Part shown: positions 52,512-63,516 of the stretch, piece by piece
How the letters are laid out: each line of letters starts with the position of its first letter
Numbering within the stretch: the stretch's first letter is position 1
Translations under genes and position numbers: made by a program
Notes under the pieces: model-generated
Databases searched by the model: none
What the model was told of the DNA's origin: nothing
Seen by the model: the letters and a program-made list of their open reading frames with translations, nothing else
Assembly (NCBI GenBank): GCA_963793265.1
Contig: CAWBZI010000001.1
Coordinates: 384,001 to 448,000, forward strand
Direction of reading: 5' to 3'
Origin: an uncultured cyanobacterium
GTDB lineage: Bacteria; Cyanobacteriota; Cyanobacteriia; Phormidesmidales; Phormidesmidaceae
DNA length: 64,000 nucleotides

Positions 52512-52970
52512 CTATGGCAGGTTGCGCTCGTCATCAAGAGAGGCATCCCAGCTTGCAGATAGCGCTTCATTGACAATAGCTTCTAAGGTTGCAGCGTCTA
52601 GCGTTCCGGTAGCCGGTGATTCTTGCGTAGCAGGCAAGGGCATCAAGCACAGGCAGCGACTGTCTTGAACCAACGCAAAGGTCGTCTCGGCTGCGTGGGT
52701 AATAATTTCCAAATAGTCGAAGCTGTGGACGTTCAAATAAAGACTGCAATTGGCAACAATCGTCGCTTGTGCGGGATCTGCAAAAGCCTCCATCACACAC
52801 CCTTCGCCAGTGTTGGTAATTTGAGAGTCTTGCTTGTGTATGTACTTGACCCTACGTAAACCTTTGAGAAGCCTCAACATGTCACTTTTGTTGACGACAA
52901 TACCATTGTCAACGAAGCAAGGCGCGGGCAGATAGCTGGAGTCGTTAGGTTTCATTTGGAAGGGCTGCAT
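52512..52970 (-). CDS. Hypothetical protein
   Basis: 152-aa ORF co-oriented with tgt. Confidence 0.75.
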   Translation of the reverse strand: MQPFQMKPNDSSYLPAPCFVDNGIVVNKSDMLRLLKGLRRVKYIHKQDSQITNTGEGCVMEAFADPAQATIVANCSLYLNVHSFDYLEIITHAAETTFALVQDSRCLCLMPLPATQESPATGTLDAATLEAIVNEALSASWDASLDDERNLP

Positions 52971-53471
52971 AGTTAGGCCAACGAAAAGAAAAGACCGAGA
53001 TAAGAGCGCGGAAGAACCCTTAAAAATTGATAGATCGATTGCTTCTGAGATTGGCGGTAGTGGGTCAAGATTAAGGGTAATTAATCAGGTGCGAACTTTA
53101 TTTTAGTTGCGCGAATATACCCTCACGATATACGAATATTATCGGATCGCCATACCAGAAACGTAAGATCTTGAAATACTTCATAAGGGAGATTTCCGCT
53201 GTGTGAAGTCATGAACTGAACAGGTTGCTTAATTCGGTAATAATTGCTCGAAATTAGCCATTTTTCTCTTTATTTACAGGTGTTTTACTTATCAAGGAGA
53301 GATGAAAGTTTGTCAGTACTCTTACGGTACACATCTATAAGCTGTGAGGCCGTGACTTAGTTGTATGTCTGATTTGTCTATGCTTGTAGGAATATATGCG
53401 GATGTTGTTAAAATTGATTGCTGTTAATGCATAGAGCTTTTGCCAAAGTACTTGTCGATTTAGGACGGCTA

Positions 53472-54230
53472 TTGAAACGGCTGTGGTCGAATTGGAATGG
53501 AGCGCTTATGTTTTACACGTGTTTACCTGTGCCCCAAAGCTGGCCGCTGGAGTTTCGTTGGATTGCGCGATGGGTGCCCTGGATAGGCATTGCGGTGGGC
53601 GGCTTGTTAGCAGCAGTTGACGTTGGACTAGCGACGTTGCAAATGCCAATTTTGGTCAGGAGTGCTGTGGTGGTGGCCTCAGGTATTGCACTCACAGGGG
53701 GGCTTCATCTTGATGGGGTAATGGATGTAGCTGATGGGCTCGCTGTACCGGATGCGAGTCGGCGCTTAGCGGTGATGGCCGACAGTCGGATGGGCGCTTT
53801 TGGCGGAATGGCAGCGGTGATCTTGGTGCTGCTAAAGGTAGTGGCTTTGGGCGCTTTAGTGGAGAATCGTTGTTTCATTTTGGTAGCGACTGCCGCGTGG
53901 GGTCGCTGGGCTCAGCAGTGGGCGATCGCTCGCTATCCCTATCTCAAAAAAGAAGGCAAAGGTGCTTTTCATAAAACAGCGCTGCCCTCTATCAGATATG
54001 CGCTGCCCAGCTTAGCCGGACTCCTCACAATAAGCTTTGGCCTTGGGCTAGCGGGTTTATTGCCTTGGGCTTTGGTGCTACGCACGGCGGCAAGTGGGGC
54101 AGTACTGTCTCTACTCACAAGCGCCTACTTTTACCGTCAGCTCGGCGGACATACCGGAGACACGTATGGAGCGGTCGTGGAATGGACTGAGGCGCTATCG
54201 CTTTGTAGCCTGACATTAGGAGTGCATTGA
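53472..54230 (+). CDS. cobS: Adenosylcobinamide-GDP ribazoletransferase
   Basis: [31 protein letters not shown]; start uncertain (TTG 53472 has AGGA upstream). Confidence 0.93.
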   Translation: MKRLWSNWNGALMFYTCLPVPQSWPLEFRWIARWVPWIGIAVGGLLAAVDVGLATLQMPILVRSAVVVASGIALTGGLHLDGVMDVADGLAVPDASRRLAVMADSRMGAFGGMAAVILVLLKVVALGALVENRCFILVATAAWGRWAQQWAIARYPYLKKEGKGAFHKTALPSIRYALPSLAGLLTISFGLGLAGLLPWALVLRTAASGAVLSLLTSAYFYRQLGGHTGDTYGAVVEWTEALSLCSLTLGVH

Positions 54231-54262
54231 CACTCCCACGGCTAAAGCGCGTGGGATTCTTC
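54222..54262. mobile_element. IS200/IS605-like terminal hairpin relic
   Basis: CATTGACACTCCCACGGCTAAAGCGCGTGGGATTC; overlaps the cobS stop; no transposase adjacent. Confidence 0.55.
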
Positions 54263-54342
54263 TTTCTACGATACGGTTCTATAATGCGGTCTTAGCTATT
54301 TCCTCTAAAGCTGTTTTTATTAAAGAGCGTTTTTGTAAAGCC

Positions 54343-54942
54343 ATGAGTGAGTCTTCTCAAGTTCGCGCGGTTGCTGGTCGCGCTTTGCCCTTAGTCGGCA
54401 ACGATATCGATACCGATCGGATTATCCCAGCACGGTTTCTAAGAGCTGTGACGTTTGATGGCTTGGGCGAGCAGGTTTTTGCAGACGATCGCCAGCAGCT
54501 TGCAGATCATCCGTTTAATCAGCCTCAGTACCAGTCTGCAAAGGTGCTGCTGGTGAATCGTAATTTTGGCTGCGGCTCTTCTCGTGAGCACGCACCTCAG
54601 GCGATCGCTCGCTGGGGCATAAACGCACTAATTGGCGAAAGCTTTGCCGAAATCTTCTTTGGCAACTGTGTAGCAATGGGCGTGCCCTGTCTGACGGCTA
54701 CTGCGGAGAGCGTAACTGCCCTACAAAACGCGGTCACAGCAGATCCAACCCTTGAGGTGGCGATAGATTTAGTCGAAATGACAGCGACGGCAGGTGATTT
54801 ATCGGTGCCGCTGACGATGGGCGCTGGGCCCAGGCAAATGTTTTTGAACGGCACCTGGGATGCGTGCGGGCAGCTTGTGGCTCAAGAGGAGGCGATCGCC
54901 AAAACAGCTAGTCAGCTTCCCTACGTCAACTGGGCAGCGTAG
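54343..54942 (+). CDS. leuD: 3-isopropylmalate dehydratase small subunit
   Basis: [33 protein letters not shown]. Confidence 0.96.
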   Translation: MSESSQVRAVAGRALPLVGNDIDTDRIIPARFLRAVTFDGLGEQVFADDRQQLADHPFNQPQYQSAKVLLVNRNFGCGSSREHAPQAIARWGINALIGESFAEIFFGNCVAMGVPCLTATAESVTALQNAVTADPTLEVAIDLVEMTATAGDLSVPLTMGAGPRQMFLNGTWDACGQLVAQEEAIAKTASQLPYVNWAA

Positions 54943-54949
54943 ACGAGCT

Positions 54950-55420
54950 TTAGCGCCACTGCGAATAAGGATATTTCACGAGGCTAGCGTTGTAATACTT
55001 TGCCTGGCCTGAGACTTCTTCGCCTAGCCAATCTGGCCGTTCAAACGCCTGATGCTCTGAGGTCAGCTCTACTTCAGCAACCGTTAGCCCGGCATTTTCA
55101 CCTGCAAATTCATCAATCTCCCATACGACTTCTCCTATGGGTAGGCGGTAGCGCGTTTTTTCAATTAGGGGGCGATCGCACAAAGTCTTAAGCATCTCGG
55201 CGGCATCACGCTGCGGAATTTCGTACTCGTACTCAGCGCGCGTTAGCCCCTCTACAGGGCCTTTGACAGTAAGGAATCCTCTATCACCTACGAGCCGTAC
55301 CCGCACGCTTTGTCCAACTTTGGCGGTTGCAATATAGCCCTGGCAGTAGCGCTGTCCGGCTGCCGACGCTTTCCAGCGATCGCTCACCACCAAAAATTTG
55401 CGTTCAATTTCTTTAGCCAT
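54950..55420 (-). CDS. CYTH-domain protein
   Basis: EIERKFL, EYEYEIP, WEIDEF, AEVEL. Confidence 0.92.
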   Translation of the reverse strand: MAKEIERKFLVVSDRWKASAAGQRYCQGYIATAKVGQSVRVRLVGDRGFLTVKGPVEGLTRAEYEYEIPQRDAAEMLKTLCDRPLIEKTRYRLPIGEVVWEIDEFAGENAGLTVAEVELTSEHQAFERPDWLGEEVSGQAKYYNASLVKYPYSQWR

Positions 55421-55479
55421 CAGAAATTAGCTTACAAAAGCAAGCCTCCAAAAGCGGACTGAAAGCGAAACCGTAAACG

Positions 55480-56451
55480 CTACTTCAGCCGCCGCAACAC
55501 GTATGCTGAAATATCTTCGAGGGCCTGACGCGACTCAGACGCGGGAAGCTGGCTCAAGCAGGCTAAGGCTTGGTCACCATGATAGTTCGCCAGATCGCGA
55601 GCCCGGCTGATGCCCTTGCTCGAATTAACTAGCTCAATCGCCTGCTCAAAGTCTTCGGCTTGAGAAAACTCACGGTCGATCAGTGTTTTTAAGTAAGGAA
55701 CTTCCTCTAGGGCATACAGCACAGGAGCTGTCAAGTTTCCGCTTAATAAATCTGAGCCTGCGGGCTTGCCTAGCACTTCTGACGAGCCCGTAAAGTCTAG
55801 AATGTCATCGACGACCTGATAGGCCAGCCCCAGATTGCGCCCAAACTGATACAAATTCTCAGATAGGCTATCGGGCGCATCGCTCAGCACGCCGACGGCC
55901 TTAGCGCTATTAGCAATCAGCGTTGCCGTTTTGTAATAGCTTTTTTCCAAATAGGCTTCAATCGAGAGGGTCGTATCAAAGTGCTTTAGCCCTTGGCGAA
56001 TCTCGCCCTCAGCTAAGTCCATAATTACGCGTGAGAGCAGCTTGACAACCTCTAAGTTGTCTAAGTTAGCCAGGTACCAGGACGACTGAGCAAATAGAAA
56101 GTCACCGGCCAAAATGGCAACTCGGTTGTCAAATAGGCTGTGGACGGTCGGCACGCCTCTGCGCGTTGCTGATTCATCCACCACATCGTCGTGCACAAGG
56201 CTAGCGGTGTGAATCATTTCGGTGATTTCGGCCAGGCGACGGTGCCTTTGGGTGATGTCGCCATCAGGGGCAATCGCTCTGGCGAGCAAAAGCACAATGG
56301 CCGGTCGAATACGCTTGCCGCCCGCCCCAAAAAGATGCTCCGCTGCTGCGTAGAGGATCTTATGGCGAGCGCCAACGAGGTTCTTCAGATTGTCTGTCAG
56401 GAGCGCTAAATCGGCTTCGACGGGTGAAAAAAGAGAAGTGGCTGAGGTCAT
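55480..56451 (-). CDS. sds: Solanesyl/polyprenyl diphosphate synthase
   Basis: GGKRIRP, LVHDDVVD..RRG, YYKTA, QVVDDILD. Confidence 0.92.
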   Translation of the reverse strand: MTSATSLFSPVEADLALLTDNLKNLVGARHKILYAAAEHLFGAGGKRIRPAIVLLLARAIAPDGDITQRHRRLAEITEMIHTASLVHDDVVDESATRRGVPTVHSLFDNRVAILAGDFLFAQSSWYLANLDNLEVVKLLSRVIMDLAEGEIRQGLKHFDTTLSIEAYLEKSYYKTATLIANSAKAVGVLSDAPDSLSENLYQFGRNLGLAYQVVDDILDFTGSSEVLGKPAGSDLLSGNLTAPVLYALEEVPYLKTLIDREFSQAEDFEQAIELVNSSKGISRARDLANYHGDQALACLSQLPASESRQALEDISAYVLRRLK

Positions 56452-57190
56452 GGAATACGCGACTCAGGCGGATTAAGTTACGAAAGTTTAAGCTGTCTTT
56501 CTGTATTCTAAGCTATCGCGCTTGCAAAGGAACTCACCAACGAAATGAAAGCTGAATAGAGTCGCCTGTATGGCTATAGAACTCATCCTGAGAAAGTTTG
56601 CTTATCTTCTAACTGCGTAATACTTCTTAAAAGTCAAGAAGTTTTTTGTTACAAAGGCTCTAGCGCAATCTCCGCCCGGATTACAAGCCCAAAGAAAACT
56701 TCAATATTCGCGTCAGAAACCGACCTGATAACAAAAACTTATGATAGTATAGATATATCAAGAAACTTTTTGTTTTCAAAGCTGAAATCGTTACCTTTAG
56801 CACAAGCTGCGGTGATGGATCTGTTAGGATAAGCTCCCTAATGTCTCAGCTCTTTGGATAATTTCGTAGTCCCAGAGTACATTTCCTGAAGATGTATCTC
56901 CTGGCTCGTATTTTAGCTACGTCACTTATATATTCGGTTCGTGTGGATCTTCAGTTGTATCTGAAGGTTTTAGCGATTCGTCATTGAAATTTTCACTAAT
57001 GCGTTAGAACCCGCAAGGGGCACGCATTAGCGCCGCCGCAGTACAGCCTACTTCCAAAAAAGTGCTTCAGCCTACTTCATGCCTGGTTGCTGGCTTAGTT
57101 GGAGATTCTGTACAGCGATTCGGCTATGGTTTTTTGTTGCTTTTTTTCAGCTTAATTCGCTGAACTGATACTTTATTTTTGGTATTTGCC

Positions 57191-57304
57191 ATGTTCCAAT
57201 TGTCTGCTGCTGAGCCATTCGCTTTCTTATTACCTGCCTTGGGCTATTTGCTCACGGTGTATTTAGTCATGATGTGGATGAGCACTAGAACGTCTGATAT
57301 GTAA
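57191..57304 (+). CDS. Candidate 37-aa single-TM small protein
   Basis: MFQLSAAEPFAFLLPALGYLLTVYLVMMWMSTRTSDM; followed by a strong hairpin. Confidence 0.45.
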   Translation: MFQLSAAEPFAFLLPALGYLLTVYLVMMWMSTRTSDM

Positions 57305-57350
57305 AAATGTCTGATATGTAATAGCGCTCACAATTTAACATTTGACCAAA

Positions 57351-57407
57351 CTCAGTGCGTTTTATTGGTGTCCTCATAAATAGAGCACACCAATAAAACG
57401 CACTGAG
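57351..57407. terminator. 21-bp perfect stem-loop downstream of murI (possibly bidirectional)
   Basis: CTCAGTGCGTTTTATTGGTGT / ACACCAATAAAACGCACTGAG. Confidence 0.7.
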
Positions 57408-57430
57408 CAAAACGCATTGAGCTGTCTAGC

Positions 57431-58321
57431 TTATCTGTCGCTCGTACGAGAAGAAGCAGCATGGATAGACTCAAGTGCGGCTACGGATACTTGCTCAACG
57501 ACGGGCTGATAGCCAAGCCATTGCTCTGATACTTGCGAGAAGTGTGTCGGGTTGCCGCTGACGAAAAACTCTATATTTTGATCAACTTTCTGAGCCTTAG
57601 ATCGAACTTCAGGTATGTGTCTGCGCAACCTCAGAATCTCAAGCTCTTGTGCAGCAGCGGCTGTGAGATGTTTGGCTGGATCTACCAGTGTGATGCGCTT
57701 AGGCAGTATCTGTTTAAAAACAGGCGCTAGGTGGGGATAGTGCGTACAGCCATATACCAGCGTGTCTATTCCTGCTGCAATGAGAGGGTCTATATAGCGT
57801 TTGGCAACTGCGAGTGTGTAAGGGTCGTGGATGCGATCGCTCTCAATCAGCGGTACAAAATCCTGACAGCCTACCTGCCACACCTTCGCTGCCGCGTCAA
57901 TTTCTAATACAGCCTGTTGGTAAGCATTGCTATCGGCAGTTGCTTGCGTTGAAATCACACCAATTCTCTTACCGCTTTTTACGGCTGCTCTAGCACCGGG
58001 CAAAATAATGCCCAAAATAGGAATCGGAAACTCTGAGCGCACTTCTTCGAGTACTAGCGCCGAGCTGGTATTACAGGCCATCACGATCATCTTGACCTCT
58101 AAGCCCATCATCCAAGCGATAATCTCGCGGACAAACCGCAAAATTTCGCCCTTGGTGCGGTTGCCATAAGGGACACGGGCCGTATCCCCAAAGTATATGA
58201 CTGACTCGTTCGGGAGCTGAGTGCGCATCTCGTTGAGCACTGTAAGACCTCCAACGCCGCTGTCAAAAACTCCAATTTTGAAATTGGAGCGCAGCTTGCT
58301 GGACAGTGCTGGGATGCTCAT
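57431..58321 (-). CDS. murI: Glutamate racemase
   Basis: FDSGVGGL, PYG, ACNTSS, GCTHYP. Confidence 0.96.
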   Translation of the reverse strand: MSIPALSSKLRSNFKIGVFDSGVGGLTVLNEMRTQLPNESVIYFGDTARVPYGNRTKGEILRFVREIIAWMMGLEVKMIVMACNTSSALVLEEVRSEFPIPILGIILPGARAAVKSGKRIGVISTQATADSNAYQQAVLEIDAAAKVWQVGCQDFVPLIESDRIHDPYTLAVAKRYIDPLIAAGIDTLVYGCTHYPHLAPVFKQILPKRITLVDPAKHLTAAAAQELEILRLRRHIPEVRSKAQKVDQNIEFFVSGNPTHFSQVSEQWLGYQPVVEQVSVAALESIHAASSRTSDR

Positions 58322-58741
58322 AAGTATATATGCTCACTCAATGAAGCGATTAAATGTTGTATAGAGTTTAGTCGGATTTGGAAACATTGCTCATTTTATT
58401 TTTTCTTTTAAGTAAGAAAAACTGTGAGTTAAGCGTGTTTTCTGCGGTTTTCACTGAGGTTTAGCTGCGATCGCTGCCTTTTAGCCGCCGACGGGCGGCC
58501 TATTGACACACAAAATGACAACTCAGCCGCGCAGAAGGAGAAGCCTTTCTACAGAGCCATTGTTGCGGTTAGTTTTATCGCTACAAAGCTTTTGATGAAC
58601 GCCTACGAGCTAACAGCTAGCTGGCCGTTGAATCAAGAGTGTTTCCTTTCCCTACAGACTTATCCGTAATATTACGAATATTTCAGGGCAAAAAATAACA
58701 CTCTATCGACATGTTATTTACGAGGGGGTTTTGGGTACGCG

Positions 58742-60214
58742 TCAAGACTCTGCAGCCTCAGCAGTCGGCGTTGCAGCAACAGCAGCATCAGCGGTCTCTC
58801 CTAAAGGTATCCCTTCGGTAGTAGATGTCAGAGTATCGCCGGATGCATCATCGCTATCAAACACAAGCCGCAGTAAGGGCGGTGCAATAAATGTGGTCAC
58901 AATTACCATGACGATGATGGCCGCATCTAAAGACTCAGATAGTACGCCACTCGCAGCGCCTACACCTGCAAAGACCAGGCCCACTTCGCCTCGCGGAATC
59001 ATGCCAAAGCCCACAGCTAAGCGGTTAATGCCGGGCTGACCAAAAACTGCATATCCCGTAATTGTTTTACCGATGATGGCGACGACAACTAAGAATGAGG
59101 CAATAATAAGCCCTTCTCGGTTAGCAGGCACCATAGGATTGAGCACGCTGATATCTGTGCGGGCTCCAACCGTGACAAAGAAGACCGGCACTAGCATGTC
59201 GGCAATCGGTGTAATTTGCTCTTCTAATTCTCGGCGTTTTGAGGTTTCTGCCAAAATTAATCCAGCGGCAAAAGCACCCAGAATCGTCTCTAGCTGAATA
59301 GCAGCGGCGATATAAGAGAGCGCAAACGCAAAGATCAGCGAGGTGATAATGAGCTGGCCTCGGGTCTGAAGCTGATCGACTAGCGTCACGAATAGCGGAC
59401 TGAGCAAACGGCCAATAAAGATAGAGCCGACAAGAAAAGCGGCTGCGCCTAAGACTAAGTAGATGACGTTCGTAATTTCGATTTCGCCTGTTTTAGCCAG
59501 ACTCGCGACAACGGCTAGTACGATAATGCCGAGCACATCGTCAAGGACGGCAGCACCAATAATAATCTGGCCTTCTCTTGAGCTAAGCTGCTGCATCTCG
59601 GCGAGCACTTTAGCGGTAATACCAATACTCGTTGCGGTAAGGGCAGCGCCAGCAAAGACGGCTGGAATAGTCCCAATGTTGAAGAAGAAGATAAGACCAG
59701 CGGTGCCTGCGACAAAAGGCACCACAACACCAATAACGGCGACGACTGCTGCCTGCGGGCCTACGCGAATCAGCTCTTTAAGATCTGACTCTAGGCCAAT
59801 TTCAAATAGCAGAATAATGACGCCTAGCTCAGCGAGTACCGAGAGCGCTTCGCTTTCTCCACTGAATACCTTGAGCAGACTTTCAGGATCTAGATGAGCC
59901 GTCATCTGAATCAAGTTCATCAGGCCAGAGACGGGGACTTCTCCACCTTCTGGGAACACGATAAGATTGAGCGCTGAAACGCCGACGACAACACCGCCGA
60001 CTAGCTCTCCCAACACAGAGGGCAAATTAAGCCGGGCGCAAAGTTCGCCGCCAACTTTGGCGGCGATGAATACGGTGATAAGACTCAGAAGAATACTCGC
60101 AAGGACTAAAGAGCCTACTTCGGCTTCATCAATTTCAGCGATGAGAGGCGATAGTATAGGCCATCCTAAACTGGGCCATAGGGTGTGAGCCGTTTGAGCG
60201 ATCAGGCCGTCCAT
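58742..60214 (-). CDS. CPA2-family Na+/H+ antiporter (NhaS3-like)
   Basis: Many TM segments; ATSIGITAKVL, AAVLDD, GMIPRGEV. Confidence 0.92.
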   Translation of the reverse strand: MDGLIAQTAHTLWPSLGWPILSPLIAEIDEAEVGSLVLASILLSLITVFIAAKVGGELCARLNLPSVLGELVGGVVVGVSALNLIVFPEGGEVPVSGLMNLIQMTAHLDPESLLKVFSGESEALSVLAELGVIILLFEIGLESDLKELIRVGPQAAVVAVIGVVVPFVAGTAGLIFFFNIGTIPAVFAGAALTATSIGITAKVLAEMQQLSSREGQIIIGAAVLDDVLGIIVLAVVASLAKTGEIEITNVIYLVLGAAAFLVGSIFIGRLLSPLFVTLVDQLQTRGQLIITSLIFAFALSYIAAAIQLETILGAFAAGLILAETSKRRELEEQITPIADMLVPVFFVTVGARTDISVLNPMVPANREGLIIASFLVVVAIIGKTITGYAVFGQPGINRLAVGFGMIPRGEVGLVFAGVGAASGVLSESLDAAIIVMVIVTTFIAPPLLRLVFDSDDASGDTLTSTTEGIPLGETADAAVAATPTAEAAES

Positions 60215-60493
60215 TGAGTGACCTCCATTGAGTTACCTAGAGTGAGTAAGCCGCCATTTAGAGGATTGGCTGCTAGGGGCAAAGCAAGCTGTCCTGTATC
60301 AATCATGTTGTTGTCAGCAACGTGTTGGCTAATGGTCGTTGTCTAATGTACACGAGTGACTGGTCATAGAAGTGTTCATTTAGTCATAAGCCTTTACGCA
60401 AATTGACCTACGATAAAAGGTCGCTAAGTCTATCTAAAAGCGCTGTTCAAGGGCTGCTTTCGTATGCAGTCTTCTACTGTGGTGCCCGCAGGC

Positions 60494-61306
60494 TTATCCA
60501 AAAACGCGGTGTTTGAGTGAGGGCATTTGGCGGCGCACCTGCTCTAGGCGGGAAGGATTTATCTCTGCGATCGCCATCCCCACATTGTCCCCGGCATCAG
60601 CCAGGGTAATGCCCCAAGGATCAATAATCATGGCGTGCCCATGCGTCTGCCGCCTAGCGTTATGAAAACCCGTTTGCGCTGGGGCAATCATGTAGCACGT
60701 ATTCTCAATGGCTCTGGCCTGAAGCAACACTTGCCAGTGGTCTTTGCCCGTAAAGGCCGTAAAAGCGGCTGGAACGATCAAAACTTCAGCGCCGTCTTTG
60801 GAGAGCTGCCGGTAAAGCTCGGGGAAACGCACGTCATAGCAGACTGAGATACCTAAGTTACCTAGCCGCTCTGACTTGTGCACGTTAGGTAAAGTGGTGC
60901 CTGCGGTGACATCTTCAGATTCTTGATACCGATTGCCATCGGGCAGATTTACGTCGAATAGATGAACTTTGTCATACTGGCCGAGTTCTTCGCCGTTGGC
61001 GTTGACGAGTAGGGCTCGGTTGTAGGTACGACCGTCGGGCGAGGGCACTGGGTAGCCGCCGCCTAAAAGCGTAATGCGGTAGCGCTGGGCCATGGTTCTA
61101 ATAAACTTTTCGCTGGCCGCACAGATGTCCTTGGCTCGACTGAACTTTACTTTTTCGTCGCCTAAAAAGGAGAAGTTTTCAGGGAGCGTAATCAGCTCAG
61201 CACCACGACGGGTAGCCAGATCGATTAGCTCTTCGGCCTGGGCTAGATTTTCGTCTAGATCAGGAACGCTGGTCATCTGTAGAGCCGCCGCTAAGTAGGG
61301 CTTCAT
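60494..61306 (-). CDS. Carbon-nitrogen hydrolase (Nit1-like amidase)
   Basis: LPENF, YDKVHLFD, VCYDVRFPE triad, ARAIEN. Confidence 0.92.
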   Translation of the reverse strand: MKPYLAAALQMTSVPDLDENLAQAEELIDLATRRGAELITLPENFSFLGDEKVKFSRAKDICAASEKFIRTMAQRYRITLLGGGYPVPSPDGRTYNRALLVNANGEELGQYDKVHLFDVNLPDGNRYQESEDVTAGTTLPNVHKSERLGNLGISVCYDVRFPELYRQLSKDGAEVLIVPAAFTAFTGKDHWQVLLQARAIENTCYMIAPAQTGFHNARRQTHGHAMIIDPWGITLADAGDNVGMAIAEINPSRLEQVRRQMPSLKHRVFG

Positions 61307-61410
61307 AAGTCTCTAGATTGTGCACAGAACAGCTTTTAATTGTACGGGTTAACCGCCTAGTTCTGAATAACCTGGCGCATAATAAGAGCGTCGTATGGAG
61401 ATGGGTGCGT

Positions 61411-62556
61411 ATGATTACGCCAACGGCTCAGGAATTGGCTCAGGCTCAGCAGGCGATTGAGAGGCATTTGGAGGAGGTGCGATCGCACCCCGATCAGCGC
61501 CCCGGAGCCCATCCCTACTACTTGTTTCATCCACCGGGCGAGCCTGTTTATGGAACCGTGATGATGTTCCACGGCTTTAGCATGAGCCCGCATCAGATGT
61601 GGCGGCTGACTGACTATTTATTTCAAAATGGATTCAATGTTTATTCGCTTACCCTCGCTGGCCACGACCGGCTAAACCCAGCGCAGAACTGGCCGCAGAT
61701 AGATTTGAAGCCCGAATACGTTGGGCCGTTAATGGAAAAGGTTCGTCAAGATCCGGTGCTTAGAGCAGCACTTGTGCAGACCCAGGCAGCGGGTTCAGTC
61801 GCAGTAGGACAGCAAAAGGCGCTATTGCAGCGGTTGTTTCAGGTGGCACCCGAGATGAAGACGTTTGCAGCAGCGATCGCCCATCCCAAACATCGCGACT
61901 TCGATCGCTACTTTACCTCTACTCACGAAGCCTTTTTAAAAGATGCTCAGCAGCGCTTAATCGAGCTATCCGCTTTGCCAGGGCCAATCTACACCGTAGG
62001 GCTTTCTATGGGCGGCGCGGTGGCGCTGGGGCTAGCGAGTAATGCGGGTGGGCGCGTTGAGCGAACGGTGGCATACGCGCCGTTGCTAAAAATTGATGGC
62101 GAGGAGCGGCGACAGTTTGTTCAGCTTACCGGCCCTCTGGATTTAAATGAGACGGGCTGGGATCCAAATCTGCGGTTTCCGGTGGGCGCACTGACGGCGG
62201 CTGATTATTTTGGTGGCGAGGTGCGCTCGGCTGATAGCGTTGAGCGATTGAAAGATATACCAATATTTATGGTGCTTACAGAAAACGAAGATGCAACCGA
62301 GGTTAAAGCGGGAGAAGCATTCTTCGCGGATCTAGACTCGCATCCTAATCGCAACTGGCTGTACAAGTATCCATCAGCGGCAATGGTGCCTCACCCCATG
62401 ATTGACCCAACAGAAGTGAGTCAGGGCATGAGCAACTTGTTTTGGCAAAGCCTGTATCAAGAAACTCTGCGCTTTTTGACGCTAGAGAAAGTCAGCATTG
62501 AAAATTTAGAAACAATAGCGCAAGACCAAGCGCTGCCGCTGGTGCTATCTCTTTAG
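61411..62556 (+). CDS. Alpha/beta hydrolase
   Basis: MFHGF oxyanion segment, GLSMGG nucleophile elbow. Confidence 0.85.
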   Translation: MITPTAQELAQAQQAIERHLEEVRSHPDQRPGAHPYYLFHPPGEPVYGTVMMFHGFSMSPHQMWRLTDYLFQNGFNVYSLTLAGHDRLNPAQNWPQIDLKPEYVGPLMEKVRQDPVLRAALVQTQAAGSVAVGQQKALLQRLFQVAPEMKTFAAAIAHPKHRDFDRYFTSTHEAFLKDAQQRLIELSALPGPIYTVGLSMGGAVALGLASNAGGRVERTVAYAPLLKIDGEERRQFVQLTGPLDLNETGWDPNLRFPVGALTAADYFGGEVRSADSVERLKDIPIFMVLTENEDATEVKAGEAFFADLDSHPNRNWLYKYPSAAMVPHPMIDPTEVSQGMSNLFWQSLYQETLRFLTLEKVSIENLETIAQDQALPLVLSL

Positions 62557-62586
62557 ACTCTCGCAGCTTTTTTTGCGCTGAACCCC

Positions 62587-62616
62587 TTGACAGGAGCGTC
62601 TATGAGTCGCGACAAT
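62587..62616 (+). promoter_or_regulatory. Candidate sigma70-type promoter of rplU-rpmA
   Basis: TTGACA-N18-GACAAT. Confidence 0.5.
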
Positions 62617-62705
62617 GTGTATTCTTACAAAATAGTGCTCGGATCAGGTGCAAAAGCGTTAGCAGCAGCTAATCTACCTGTACGGCGCAAAGGAAAAAAG
62701 GAACT

Positions 62706-63107
62706 ATGGCTTACGCGATTATTGCGGCTGGGGGCACTCAGCTACGGGTAGAACCCGGTCGGTTTTACGACATCAACCGCCTGCCGGTAGAAGCAGACGA
62801 GCAAATCACGATTGACGACGTTTTGATGGTCGAAGATGGTGATGATGTTTCTATCGGACAGCCTTTGGTAGAAGGTGCTACCGTGAGCGGTACGATCATC
62901 AGCCACTTGCGCGGGAAGAAGGTGATCGTCTATAAGATGCAGCCCAAAAAGAAGACCCGTAAAAAGCGTGGTCACCGTCAGGAGCTAACGCGGGTGATGA
63001 TTGACTCTATTACCGTGGGTGGTAAGACGATTACGGCGGATGCAGCAGCGGCAGCTAAAGATAAAGAGTCTGAAGACAAAGCGCCTGTTGCGGCAGCGGC
63101 TGAATAG
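62706..63107 (+). CDS. rplU: 50S ribosomal protein L21
   Basis: MAYAII..GG.Q, KKKTRKKRGHRQ. Confidence 0.97.
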   Translation: MAYAIIAAGGTQLRVEPGRFYDINRLPVEADEQITIDDVLMVEDGDDVSIGQPLVEGATVSGTIISHLRGKKVIVYKMQPKKKTRKKRGHRQELTRVMIDSITVGGKTITADAAAAAKDKESEDKAPVAAAAE

Positions 63108-63165
63108 ATTTAGCTAGATTAGGTTTGGCTAAGCAAAAAGTATTTTTTAGGAGTAATCTCAAGTC

Positions 63166-63426
63166 ATGGCACATAAGAAGGGTACAGGTAGTACAAGAAA
63201 CGGTCGCGACTCTAATGCTCAGCGGTTGGGCGTGAAGAAGTATGGCGGCGAGCAGGTGATTGCAGGTAACATTTTGATTCGTCAGCGCGGCACAAAGTAC
63301 CATGTTGGCAACAACGTGGGCATCGGCAGCGACGACACGCTGTTTTCTTTGATTGATGGCGTGGTTAAGTTTGAGCGCAAAGGCAAGAACCGTAAGAAAG
63401 TCAGCGTTTATCCAGCTTCTGCGTAA
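63166..63426 (+). CDS. rpmA: 50S ribosomal protein L27
   Basis: [16 protein letters not shown]. Confidence 0.98.
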   Translation: MAHKKGTGSTRNGRDSNAQRLGVKKYGGEQVIAGNILIRQRGTKYHVGNNVGIGSDDTLFSLIDGVVKFERKGKNRKKVSVYPASA

Positions 63427-63469
63427 CGCTGCTTCGTTGAGAGTCACTCGGCTAATTAATCGATCGATT

Positions 63470-63503
63470 AAAGCTCGCTATCTTGCAAAAGGTGGCGAGC
63501 TTT
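63470..63503 (+). terminator. Terminator hairpin after rpmA
   Basis: AAAGCTCGCTA..TGGCGAGCTTT between convergent genes. Confidence 0.7.
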
Positions 63504-63516
63504 GTATTTAGGAAAA

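Noticed and set aside
52971..53471. Cobalamin riboswitch upstream of cobS
   Set aside because: No recognisable B12-box or conserved core elements by eye; an Rfam scan would settle it
58731..60188. Several plus-strand ORFs opposite the antiporter gene
   Set aside because: Antisense shadows with no recognisable motifs
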